64,000 nucleotides of DNA from Raillietiella orientalis (lineage: Eukaryota). Positions 1-12,199 of the stretch are shown here, one piece after another; the stretch's first letter is position 1; each line of letters opens with the position of its first letter. The position numbers were made by a program, and so were the translations under genes. The stretch covers positions 744,001 to 808,000 of the forward strand of contig JAYWIR010000029.1 of NCBI GenBank assembly GCA_036172245.1, written 5' to 3'. The notes under the pieces are model-generated. The model did not search any database. It saw nothing but the letters and a program-made list of their open reading frames with translations, and had not been told where the DNA came from.

Positions 1-2900
1 ATTAGGTAGATTGGAAGTATGTCTCAGTAGAGGAATCCGGACATTTCCTAAGCAAGAACTACGGGTTCTCTGAATTTTTTGTAATATAAAAGTTTCAAGA
101 ATTTCAGATTCTCTTTCTGAAGATTTTTCGAAGTTAATTTACTTTACGAGTTGAGAAGTAAATGTATGAAGAATACGTAGAGACCATTTTTTGGAGCGAA
201 GTGTCTTTTTCTGAGCTTTCAAATAATAGCATGCAAATAGCTATTGCTCTAGACCCTTTATGCTGAGCTTCAATCTAATTTTCTGAAACAAAAAGAGGGA
301 AGAAGTTTCCTCGTAAAGTTTTTACTTTTCCTATTAGAGAGCACAAAAAGTCTAAATATCGTTCAAGTGTTTGGTTCCCCACTATTCTGTTTTCAAAGCA
401 GAATGATAAGTTAAGGATGCAAGCTTACAGGATGCTTCAAGTCTACGAGCCAACTGGCTGTTTCAAAATCTAGAAGTCACAAGTATGGCGTTTTGTAGGG
501 GAAAGCACATTTCCTCATTGGAACGTTAGCAACTGGTTTTCGTATCACCTAAACAAGACCTTAATCAACCCCAAGGAATCGAAATAAGCTTAAAGTCAGC
601 ATGTTAGAAGAACAGCTTTGTTCTCCAGATATCCTTGATCATTCTTTATTGGTACTGAATGACTAACCCTCCATCTTTTATTTATGTTCTGTATATAGCT
701 AATCGTTCAATGACCTGGTTATCAAGTCTATTCCTTAGTTGATCAAGAGAATAAATAATATATTCGTCCTTATATGTAGATGCATATATATTTTATCATT
801 CTGATAGTTACCATAAATCACCTGGATAACCACTCAAAAAATATCCTACTGAATACCTCAATCAGCATCTCGAGGCAAATGTCTAGATATTTCTAGTTTC
901 CGATCCGAGAATTTCTGTGGAATATTTTCCTACTTTTTTCCCGAAGCTCCATGCACCTAAGTGGTAGCAGTAGCTTCAATCATGATGTCCCCTGCACTGA
1001 GAGGCCACTTCCCTGCAGTGATGCATGATATTGGATATTCTCTTTCTTAAGCAACATGCCAGAGACCCTTAAGATTCTTTCTTGCCAAATACTATCTAGT
1101 CATTTCTTTTAACTCTTGGAGTCTAGCTGGAGTCACAGGGGCACTTTCAAAGAGGGAAAGCGAAAGGTATGTAAAGACGCGTAATGCGTCCTTGTATTGT
1201 CATATGTATCGTACTGTGCAGATAAGAGATTGTAAACTGAATTGAGTCATTTTGATATCCGAGTTTTCTTTTGAAGCTGCTTCAGTCTTTGCACTTTGAA
1301 CTTATTCCGTGAGAGGCTCGATGTGAAGGTTGTGACACTCGAATTATAAAGCAGACATCAAAAAATGTGGTTGTTTGGTGCACTCCACCGGGATATTGTC
1401 TAAAAGCCTTTTTTCCCTTATCTCTCTCTGTTACTTCTGAAACGGTGCTATTGAGTTTTGCACTTGAGCAAGAATTTGTGCGTTCCTAACGTCCGTCCAG
1501 TCCTGAAGAGCTCTTCAATCATTGATTAAGAATCCACCTCACTATTGCTGCACCACGTGGGTGTACAGGTAGCACTTATCGAATAATCTGCATCGACAAA
1601 GTAATAGTTGTTCTGATTTTTCTGCTAGGAATCGTTTCCCTTTCCTCGACTTGTCATTTAGGGATGCAGACTGTCAGACTAGTGTGGTGGACGCTACAGT
1701 TAACACGCATTCAAACGAGGAATCATTCAGCTGATTTAACTCTTTAAAGAGTGGCTTGAAAAAAATGTCTCTAAATCCCTTCAAGTAAACTTTTTAATAT
1801 GACGTTTGGCTTAGACTGCATCTTCTTGACGAGCTCAAGCGCAGGAACACTTCTGGTTAGTTTTAAGAATCATCTAGAGATTGCTGGTTTCTAAAGCAGC
1901 TAGCGAAGCCATCTGCACAACATCCCAACGCCTTCCAACAGGAAGTCTTCAAACAGGGACGAATTTCATATTGTGAAACGCTATTCAAGAGTTTTTCTTC
2001 ACTAATCTTTTCTGCCTTTTAATTTCATCATCTGCGGTTTCTTATCGGCAGTCTTTTCAACCTTTTTGCCATGCATGTTGGTTTCATTGGTATAGACAGA
2101 TAACAACCAAAGGCTTTCGAACATATTTTATGACATGATCCCTAAACCACTTTCCTGCACGCTGCCGCCTTTTGCATCCAAGGCGTCTCCGTTTCCGGCG
2201 AGTTTCTGTCATTTCTATTATGGAATTTCGTCTGTGGACACAAAGTAGATGCATTTACTCGTCAACGCACTTGATCAAATGCATTCATCTCAGCGAGCTA
2301 TTCTCAAAAAGTGCAGGGGGAGAGGGAAGCGTTGGCCAGACATCAAGCTTGAGGAAGCCAAGAAATCCCAACCAGCAACGAAGACTGCAAACAAGTGCAA
2401 TAAATTTAGCACTTGTTGTCCATTTAGGCAAACGCTGCCGTGCAAGAAAATGGGGTAAACCAGATATTACTGAAATTATGTTTTCTTCATCCAGTATACA
2501 TTATAGATCTGATCGGTCTCTGGTGGTGGTCGACGTTTCACAGATCATGGTGGTTGATTTGACATGTAGATGGCGCAGGCTTCTCACTAGTCGGACAGCC
2601 ATACTGCTAATGCCCAGAGATCCTCACGAGCACTTGCGCCCATAGCGATATGCATGCTTTGGTTGAGAATATAGAAAAAAAAGAAAATGTGGATAGCAAA
2701 GAATCATGTTGAGTTGTTTCTTATGGATTTTCAGGATGAAGCTCCAGCGGGAGCAGTTCTGGATGATGAGGACGTTTTCACCCGATCCACTTGTTGCCAA
2801 GTGATTTCCTGTGTCTTGTGCACTACGTATAAAATGCTTACACTCTATGCGCGACAATCAGGCGGGAATGGTAGCAAGTAAGTGGTACGCGTGCACTCCA
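1..2900 (+). mobile_element. Heavily decayed RLE-type non-LTR retrotransposon, HERO-like
   Basis: Motif remnants on + in the expected order, broken by stops and frameshifts: DPFML (~251), VPHYSVFK (~375), IFYDMIPKP (~2123; cf. VYDVLPSP), SQRAILKKC..GKRW (~2290; cf. HIL.GC..GRY.W), KPDI..LVVVDV..VVDLTCRW (2457-2573; cf. RPD..ELTVPWE), ASKW (~2873). Boundaries approximate. Confidence 0.55.
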
Positions 2901-3371
2901 ATCTTCTACTGTCCCAGCCCTCCATCCCTTCCCCTCCCGAACACAAGTCAGGGTAAATTGCCAAAGAAAACTGTCTCTAATCGAAGACTCACGTGATGAG
3001 CTGGTCCTTTGGCTTTTTGCCCTCTCTTTCTCAGTCTGAAAGAACCGCTGTTGCGGCCAGGAATAACACTCCAAGAAATCTGAACGACCGAAGGACGTCG
3101 CGTCTCCAAACTTGCCCTGGAGTTCGGTGGGTTGTTCTTGCAGTGAGCGAAAGGCAGCGAGAACGGTGGCTAGAGGACAGCGACCGCAACCACCTGTTAG
3201 GGTAGCAGCCGCCGGGCCAGGCGCATGCGTCGTCAAGGAACCTTCCTTGCAACAACACGCTGGGGACGGCAGGTCGGGAAGCCTTCTCGCGTCCCGGGGA
3301 CGCCCTGGTCAGCGCTGCCATCCCCACACTCTTCCTAATTCGCCCACGGCGGTAGGTACGGCTGCTGCCTC

Positions 3372-6225
3372 TCAAGACTCCTGCGCCTCCCCAGCCTTGG
3401 ATATCAGGAGCGGATCGCCTTCAGTCTTAGCCCACGGCTGGATCTCGCTGCTGCCGAACAGAATGTAGTAACCACCTCCGATCACGTACATGGCCATGGT
3501 CAAGTAAAAAGTGTACGACCAGCCGTGCTCGAAACCCTGAGAATACCGCGATGGGTCGATGTCGCAATGGCCGCAGCACCTACCTCGATGAGAAAGGGAA
3601 CGACGACGGGAATCACGAATCCCGGAACGTTGCTCAGCGTGTTGGTGATGCCCAAGAGGATCCCGGCGTGCTGGGGAGCTATGTCCACGTGGTTGTACAT
3701 GAACCCCCCGGCAAAAGCGACCGTCTGGGATCCCTGGGAGAGGGCAAGAAGCACTGCGATTGCGTATCGATTTTCGCAGCTCACCAGGAACACCAACGAC
3801 AGGAAAACGCAAGGCAGGAAGAATCCTGAAAATGAGGTGTTATTTGGGAAGGATCTTGAGAACCAAGTGGAGCAAGGATCCCTCTACGAGACCGACAAGC
3901 AACTATTCCCTCTCATGCAAAATGATCAGGTCACGCACTCGGAAAGGGGAACAACAAGCGGGATGGGAACCGCCGCGCCTCGCAGTCCTCGAATCTCCCG
4001 GGCCATCAGAGGCGAAAGAAATCGGAAAGAGCTCTTCAGAAGGGTGCGGGAAAAGGGCGATGGGATTCCTGAAGGGAGACGGGAGTTCCGTGGATGGAAC
4101 AAAGAAGCTGCCAGACAGAGAGTCTCTTCTCCTTCAGTTAGATCAGTCTCCGTGGCAACGGCAGGGGTCCCGCACCCGCCACTTCCAACCCAGCCCCTAC
4201 CAAGTTACCTATCGAGTTGAAGATCTTCCTCTGGTTGGTCAACGTCAAGAGATTAGCTTTTCTCAGCCGATCGAAAATCTTTCCTGTCAGCAGCTGGACC
4301 ACCAGAGCAATCAGGTAAGGAAGAGAAGAAAGCAGCCCGTTCTGCAGCAACGAAAGATGGAGTTGAGCTATGGGAAGGGCCCCAACCTACCTTCTTGACG
4401 TCAAAGGAGAGGCTTTGCTTCATGAACTGGGGAAGGTAAAGGGCGAAGGTGTAGAAACCCCAGTTCATACAGAAGTGGCTGACGCTTATAGCGCTTAGGG
4501 GCAAAGACATCAGGAGCTTCCTCCAAGGCACCGACGTCCTTCTCTGTAACACGAAACAGAGTCTCCCTTTATCCTCTTTCTCCCTTTATCTCCCTTTATC
4601 CTCTTTCATCTCGCTCAGGTGCAACCAAAAGGAATGGAGGAGGGAAGGAGGAGAGAGAACGCAGGCGGGCACGCGCGCATTCCCGCCCCATCCAGAAACG
4701 CAAAGCGCTCTCTCTCTCTCTCTCTCACCTTCTTCTGCTGCGGAGGAAGATTCTGTAGCAGATACTCTCTCTCGGATGGGGAGATCCTTGGATGCTCCTG
4801 GGGGGACCTGTAAATGATGAAGTAGGCCGCCGCGCTCCAGACGATGCCAAGCATCCCTGTTGGGAGAAAAGAAACGTGGAGAAAGGCAGTGCACCTCGTA
4901 ACCATCTGGAGAAATCATTCTTCTAGCTGTACGGCTACGCTCTCCATCCGCGTTGGTAGGTCCCTGTTCCCCTCCCCTTTTCGACGGGACCCATGTTGCG
5001 GTGGGGAAAGTCTGACCTTCCACTACCTCTCCGTTCCCGATTGACTGCGGAGTCGAGCGAGGGATCGAGCGAAAAACGGTAGGCTCGCTCGCTCGCTCGC
5101 TCACCCGGAAGAGAAAGGATGCCGCGAAAGGGCACGGGGGAAGGAAAGGGGGAAACAGGAGAAGAAGAGAGAAGGGAAGATCGCGGATGATGGGGAAGGG
5201 GACGAGAACCGATCGAGGACGGACACCTCTGCGGGAGCCGAACCCTTCCCGGGACAGTATTGGTCCCGTCACATGTGCGTCGTCGGTAGGAGAAAAAAAG
5301 AAGCAACGGAGAGAGAGAAGAACAGCAGTCCCACTCCCCGGTTCGAGAGCCCGTGGTCATTCCCCCTCGTCTCCAACAAAGAGGACCGGCCTTACCAGGG
5401 ACGTAGAACACAGAGGGCCATCCTCCCGAAAATCCATGCTTGCACAGGAAGCCAGACAGAGGGAACGCCACCGCAGCCCCGACGGGGAAACCCACGTAGG
5501 CCACGCTCATCAGAAAGCCTCTATCCCAGTTTGTGCTCCAAACACTGAAAAGGGCGTGGACCGCAGGTAAGGCGAGGCCCTTTGCAAAACTGCGTTGACG
5601 CTTGTGAGGGGACCAAGGGACTCCCCGCCTACACGTACGTTGCTCATCCCTTGCAGCATTCGCACCACGTAGAAAGCCTCGGGGGAAAGTCGAGCCACCT
5701 CGGGAATGGTCAGGCTGAGGGAGGAAACCAGAAACATTCCCGAAATGAACATCTTCTTGGCTCCGAAGCGGTCCGTCAACCATCCCCCGAAGATCTGGGT
5801 GAACAGGTACCCTTGGAAGTAGCCGCTAAGGATGAGTCCCTGCAGAGAGGCGCTCCAGTCGAATTCCGGCTGGGGAAGGAGTAGGAGGGAGTCGATAAAA
5901 GCGAGGAGGACCGTCTCCTGCGCTTCCTGTGGAGAGCAGCATGGAGCGACTGGTTCACCTGTCCGTAGTCCAGGAACTCTTCTTCGCTCTCGAGGTCCAT
6001 TCCATGACAGAAGGAAAAGTCCAATGACCTGCGTATGATGCTGTGGCCGGCCGTGCCGTTGAATGCCGAGGGACTGCCTTTCTGGTGCACCATGCAAGTA
6101 ATTGCGAAAGACAGGCATATTCGCAGGAGCATCAACAGCGTAGATCCCAGGAAGCAGCAAAGCGCCAAAGAGAGCCGGCAGGACCACCACAAGCTCGCTG
6201 AGGAACAAACCAGTTCAGCTGACAT
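3372..6225 (-). CDS. SLC17-family (sialin/Na-phosphate cotransporter-like) MFS anion transporter, 8 exons, ~500 aa
   Basis: Exons 6225-5959, 5869-5639, 5579-5396, 4856-4729, 4543-4391, 4341-4209, 3825-3584, 3536-3372; all GT-AG, total 1503 nt, in frame. Family motifs LLRICLS.AI, FDWS..QGLILS.YF.GY..TQI.GG, GWPSVFYV.G, SP.EHPRIS.SEREY, VPW, NGLLSSLPY, RKIFN, NHVDIAP.HAGILLG.TNT, FGS.EIQPWA. Specific paralogue not assignable. Confidence 0.92.
4561..4726. repeat. Intronic low-complexity repeats: tandem TCTCCCTTTATC units and (CT)n
   Basis: TCTCCCTTTATC occurs three times at 4562-4600; (CT)n at ~4707-4726 next to a splice donor. Confidence 0.8.
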
Positions 6226-8599
6226 GCGGAGAACCGTGAGCCTTGAAGGCGCAGAGCACAGTAAAAACAGCAACAGCCGTGACCTGCAATGCCATCACGG
6301 GCAGCAAAAAAAATAAAATAAAGTAAGTAACGCTGCCAGACGTGAGTATCTCATGGTCTGCTTTCGAAAGTATTCGTGAGGGATCTAAACTCCTGCACAA
6401 ACTTCCAGCGTTTGCAACATTCGTTATAATGGTTTTCTCCGACAACGCGTCATTAGGGAATGGATGGGAATGCTCATCTGTGAAAACTTGGTGATCACAA
6501 AAAAACAGTGGACCCGAACATCAGAGGCTCCGGAATGACGAGAATATACGAAAATACGGTCGAATTTTCCCACTGCTTGTTCATCAACCACGCACGTGAA
6601 TATTCTTACGCTTGTTTGACATCCACGAAGTAAGGATGACAAACACTTCTGGATTTGACGTGTTATGTTGCACGCTGTCACTTGGAAACGACACTTACAG
6701 ATGAGTCCACATAAATGGAAGATGGAGGGAATCGAGTTTCACGGCCACTAAGCTGCTTATCCGAATTTCCTGATTTGACTCCCAACAGTTCCTGAAATGT
6801 AACTGTATGTATTAAGCTGTTTGCACCTTGCACGCAAAGCATCTCGACTGAACTTCTCGCAAACTTTCCGTAGCAACCATAGAAAAAATCCTGCGCGGTC
6901 CCGATCTCTCGGATCTCTCCGATGTGGATTTTTCCTGAAGCATCTGCATGTCTTGAGCTGCAATCCCCACTCATTTGCCGTCACTAATGGCCGAACACAC
7001 GAGAACTCCCATCTTCAGCAGCTGGAGCCACAACGGAGCGCTCACTGCCCATGGCAAAATCCACGCGGTGAGTTCCTCGCAGCATTCTTTGCGCCCAGTC
7101 TCCGACAGGTTTTGGGAGCAGGCGAAAGCTTCGGCAGCACCACCGCGAAAGTCTCGCCTCGTTCCCGAGCAGATCGCGATCGTCAGGAGAAATCGGTCTC
7201 GTCGAACGGTTGCGAGAGCGGCCTCTGGCGCGCATTGGCCAGATGCAGGGGGAGGGATCCTCGGACCTACTAAGTGCACGTGCTCCCTCATTGTCAGTCC
7301 ATGGCACGTGGCTCTCTGCTCGCTTGCCCTGGGCAGCCAGAGGCGCAATGCGGGAAAAAACCGGGAACTTTTCCCGCTTTCCCGGACAACCGGAGTCACG
7401 GAAGCGGTCGCCGCCCTCTCGACGGGGGAAGACACGACAATGCTGACCGGCTGGTGATCGTTAAGGGTATTTTTTTTTTTTTTCGAGAGAGAGAGATTTG
7501 GGTGCATGGAGTGGAGGGGAGCCCACCTGAAGAGCGTCGCACAGAGATTTCGTATGTTGAAGCGCCAGGAACGAGAAGGGGGAACGGGGAGAGGGGGGGG
7601 AGCGGCTGCCGAGATCTACAGTTTCCGAGGTCTTGTAGGTGCTCTTTGGAACTAGAGGAAAAGAAGAGGTGAAGCATCGCATCCCGACAGGAAGGGGGAG
7701 AAGAAGGGGAAAGCTTTTCCGCCCTTCTCTCCTCTGCGCCCACCAATTAGCTGCTGCCAGAAGGAGGAAGAGTACGGGACGAATCGCGACGGCGGCGCTG
7801 CGGAAACACCCAGTGCGGCAAAAGAAGGAAGTCGTTCCTGCGTCGCAGCCGCCGCAGAAGGAAAAAGAGGTGGGGGGGTGGGGGGGGGGGCTGGGGTAGC
7901 ATGCGCGGATAAGCCAGGGAGAGTGCGACCTTACCATCGTTTGCGTTCTCCATCTCCTGCTCCAGTGGAGGGTGCGCGCGCGTCCGTCAGCGTCCGTTTG
8001 TCCGCGGAAGCGGTGGTATGACGACCTCCGCACGGCCCGCGGCCCGTCTTTAAGAGGGCGAGAGTCCGCGCTCGCGAAGCCCTCATGGCATTGGCCGGGG
8101 AAAGGCGGCTCGAGACCGCAGCGCCTGGGGCGCGCCGGCTGACGTAACCGCGCGCGGCGAGGACGGATGCATCCTTGGAGGAGAAAAGATGTCAAGGCGG
8201 CTGCTCGCGTGCCGTGCAGGCCAGGAGGGGTGACACCCGTGAGCGCAAGCGGCGAGCAGGCGCCCAACTCTCTCGGCCCTCGCGAAGTGGTTGCGCAGTA
8301 GCGGCCGGCACGTGTCCTGGAGGAGGGGAGGAAGAGGAAAAGAGGCAGAAGAAAGTCGCTCACGCCCGAAACGAGGCCAACAAGCGCGGGATGCGGACCG
8401 CCTTCGCTGGGTCCGTGTCGCGTCCTCTTCTCCCTTCCTCCCCCTCCTCCTCCCCCTCGCCCACTCGTCCGCTTTCTCGGGTCGGGAAGGGGGGGGGGCG
8501 AAAGGAGCGGAGCGCGCACATCCGGGAAGAACCGGGAGGAGCGAGGGAGGTGAACCGCCACGGTTGTCGCAGCGCCCACGGTCGAGGGAATTACCACGC

Positions 8600-10060
8600 G
8601 GACGGCAACAGAATGCTCCCTTGGTCCCGGAATGACTCCCGGAGGCGCCGTCGCTCCCCAAGGGCCTCCCACCGCGTACATTTGCTGATCGTGAAGGATT
8701 CCCTGGGTCGCCCCAGCCTCGTCTTGGGGAGGTTGCGAGGGAGGCACCTCCGAGCTCCGCCGGAACGCGCGTACCCTGCCGTCCTCCCTTTGGGTGCTCC
8801 CCTCGCCCTCCTCCCCCCCGTTTCCAGGGGAGGGCGGGCGAGCTGGACTGGAAGATGGGAACGGGTGAGTGGAATCAGGAATCAGGGAGATCGCATGCTG
8901 TCCCCGCCTCTGCGGGGGGAGATTGGCCCGGGCTCTGGTCGGAGGAGGGAAGGCTTATCTCCACCGCCACCACGTCCCGTGGAGAAGTTTCACCAGGGAA
9001 ACTTCTTTCCCGCCTGCCTCCTCCCCCCCTCGAGGGGGAAAGAATGCATCCGAGAACCCCCATCCCCGACTGTCGCCGTCACAACGCCTCCGGTGCTCTA
9101 CCTAGTCGGGGATCCGTTCCTAGCATCCGCCGCCGCTGCTGCCCTGAACAGGACCGGGGAGAGGGGACGCACTCACGTCCCTTCCTGGACGGTGGAAGAC
9201 GCGCGCCTGCAATCCACCGGAAGCGATGGAGCAGGGAGGTGGTCTGGAGGACCAGCACGAAAGCCGTTCTCCGGGTCTTCCAACCAGAAATAAGATGGAC
9301 GGGAAGCGAGTGACCTCGAAGGTCCCCTTCGCCGTCACTTCCCCCATCGTTCGTTCCCTCTGTGCTGCCTTTGGCGCCGGGTCTTCCTAGGTCCGCTTCG
9401 GGAAGCGTACCGGGAGAATTGTGGCTTCTTATCTCCTCCCTCCCACTCATCCAGTCAGCGTCCTCTTTTGCTCGAAGAGGCACTTGGACACGGACAGGGA
9501 AGAGCAAAAAAGCCGGTATGGAAAACGAGCGCCTTTCCGGAAGCGAATGCGGCAGAAGGAGTGGGCAAAGAAGGGGAGGGGGAGCAAGCTACACCCTCTC
9601 TGACTGCAACACCCGCGTTCCCCTCTCATTTCCGGATAGCCCCAGGGCAGGGTACAGGTGACCATCAGGGTGAAGAGAGGCGAGAGGGTCGGGAAGGATC
9701 CCCTCTCCCCTCGCCCAGACCCGAGATCATAAGCACCCCTTTCTCGGTTGTAGGAGGGAGCAAGTCCCAAAGCTTCCCTGGAGGTCCTGAGATTCTCAGG
9801 TCAAGCCCGCGCTCCTGCAGGGGATGCCGGCGGGAGATGAAGCGGCGGAGGGTGGGCGAGGATGGACCGGAAGATGGGAATGGGTGAGTGGAATAGGAGA
9901 GGAGTCACCAGGAAAACTCTTTTGGGCAGGGCGGCGCGGCGCTGGTTCAGGATGTCTTCCTCCCTCACTCCCTGCGATTCTCGCCGACCTCCCGCCACGA
10001 CGCCACATATGCGAATAGGGCGTGGCAGTGGGAAGGAACAGTCTTTCAACTAAGTAAGGG
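8600..10060 (-). mobile_element. Decayed Tx1/L1-like ORF2 C-terminal fragments (probably two)
   Basis: Minus translation WKTRRTAFVLV..HRFRW..ECVP (~9290-9165) parallels LKWQESAFLVL..HRSHW..ESLPH of the better-preserved copy near 57.8 kb; a ~47 bp segment is duplicated at 8829-8875 and 9847-9894. Confidence 0.4.
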
Positions 10061-10097
10061 GGAAGGCGGCGGCGGTGCTCCATCCTGGGAGCGACGC

Positions 10098-10716
10098 ATG
10101 ACGTCATCGCGCGAAGCCTCGGTAGCATGTTCACCGAGAGCCCCTCCATCTCCGTCGCCCTTCCCTCAGAGGGAGCGCCCTCTCCGGTTCTTCCTGAGCC
10201 GCTCCCGATCCGCAAGCAGGAAGCACGAGGGGGGAGTCCAGAAAGAAAGGAGAGGAAGACTAAGCGCGAAGTGCCCGCAGGTTCCAGGAAGGTGGGGGGA
10301 TAGTGGAAGGTGAAGTGCCTCCCGAGAATTTCTGGCGCGGCCTCTGGAACAACACCCAGTGCTTCCCGCGTGTACGAACCCGGTTCGTGATGGCTTTGCG
10401 TGTGCGCAGCGACCCCCCCCCCCCCGCAGTCGACAAAGCACCCTGGGCATACGCATGCGCGGGGGTTGCGAAACGGCAGCGGGGGGCCTGCGCCGAGGAC
10501 ACACGCGCGGGCGATCCGGGTTCTGCAGCTGGAGAAGAATGGAGCGGATCCGAGAGGCAGCAGCACCCGAGGGAGTCTGTCACCGTTGCCGCCGTTTCGC
10601 TTTTTTTGTGTTGGTTGTTCGCGCATGCGTGCGGCTTGTGTCGCCGATGAGGAGGGTCGGCAGGTCCCGGCAAATCGTGCTCGACGTCCCGCGGCGACGT
10701 CGAGCACGCATGCGCA
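10098..10716. promoter_or_regulatory. CpG-rich island with CRE and three NRF1/Ewg-like motifs
   Basis: ATGACGTCAT 10098-10107; ACGCATGCGC 10451-10460, GCGCATGCGT 10621-10630, ACGCATGCGCA 10706-10716. Motif matches only. Confidence 0.35.
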
Positions 10717-12199
10717 AGGGCGTGGTCCCGGTACGGAGCTCAGAAGTGGTGGTTTCATAGCAGCCACGAATAGCCTTCCTATGGCCACGTACCGCGCGCT
10801 GCAGCCCTACGAGCAAACGGATGTCGGCGTCTCAAGTTTGAAATTCACCACAAATAAATTCCTCCTTTCTTTATTTATTTTTATTTATCTGTACCACACA
10901 AACTCCCTCTGACCTGGACTGGTTAGACCTGCACGAGATGGCAGATGGGCGTCAGCGAGTCCCAAGGAGAGAGGCCAACGGCGACTTTTGAAAAATCCTC
11001 GTGATCGACCCGAAGGATGCAATACGGGGATGGAGTTCCCCGTCCCTGCCCTAGAGTTTCGCCGTTGTTATGGACCCAACCAAACGAAGGCGTCCCGCTC
11101 ATTGGAAAAGCTCAGCCGGCTTTCGGGATTCAGGCGGAGATACGGGAGAGTCAGGTGGAAGGAAAGATTTTCGGGAACATTCGCTTCCACGTGTAATTGC
11201 CCGTACCTATCGGGCAGGTGAGTTGCATCTGTTTCTGGACGCCGTGATTTCGGGAGAAGATATGTGAATGGATATTTCCGATTTCTACCTTCCTTTTCGA
11301 ACGGGAGCAGAACCATGCTGCTGAGTGTTTGAAGCATCTTTCGGTTCCAGAGGTGCGTGACTACTCCTGTATGTTTCTTGGCGCAGCGCTGTGAGAGCTG
11401 TGCCACTTTCCCCGAGGGTGAGAGAATGCCTTCCAGATTCTTTCAGGCCCGTTCCAAACTTCCCCTGGTGCACCCACTGACGCCCACTCACTTTTTGCTT
11501 TCATTTCGCGTTCGCCACGGTGCCTAGCTCAAGGATGCATTCCTATTCTGGTCCTCCCAAATGCGAGCAAGACAGAATCTCCGCCTCAACACGTGTGTTC
11601 CTCAGCAACGTGCACTCTGAACGAGTTCTCGGCAACGTTCGCGTTGGCTTTTCGACCATCCGAAGGCACTGGGAATCAGCCATCGCATGTTTCCCACGGA
11701 TGCACCTGCACGGATGCCCGAGGGTGGCAGCGAGCGAGCGACGACATTTCGCTTTGCTACCACCACCACGAAGACACCCGTTTCTGCAAGAACTCGGATC
11801 ACCAAGATGCTAAAATTCATGTGTTGGGGAGCTCACAAACGATTCGAGGGGGAAGGCGAGGAGGTGAAAACTGCGGTGCTGCTGAACTGACTGAACTCCC
11901 AGGCGCAGGGATTTTATACAGAGGGTTTCGAAAAGCTTCTTCCACGGGATCAAAAGTGTTTGGAAAAGAATGGTGACTACGTAGAACAATGACACAGGGA
12001 TGCATGTGTCTCGAACCACTGATACATTTTTGTTCTTTTATTCGTTTTTCCTTTATGTTCGATCGGCCATTGCTTTTGAAGTGAGCTTCGTAAAACCAAA
12101 AATTGTACTACTTCAACTGGAGATGGAAATGAGATCAGTAACTGAAGACCATACGATTTGTGGTTTCATTGAAGTTTTGAACTGACTGTTTTCCTATAA

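Noticed and set aside
6244..6295. Upstream coding exon MALQ for the SLC17 gene
   Set aside because: Splicing it to the next AG is out of frame with the transporter and stops after a few codons; at most a 5-prime UTR intron or uORF.
8600..9890. Calpain-like reading on plus (VGDPFLAS, GELW..LLEEAL, SLTATP, WTGRWE)
   Set aside because: Motifs are in different frames, the catalytic Cys/His/Asn are absent, no coherent splice model emerged, and the minus strand is better explained as Tx1-like remnants. A CysPc HMM search would settle it.
7461..10912. Long ORFs of 330-428 aa (7461-8747, 8175-9293, 9796-10788)
   Set aside because: Arg/Pro/Gly-rich low-complexity translations overlapping on both strands, as expected from stop-poor GC-rich DNA; no recognisable domain.
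10900..12050. Additional LINE fragment on plus (EMADG, PNQTKAS)
   Set aside because: Motif resemblance too weak to support without a search.
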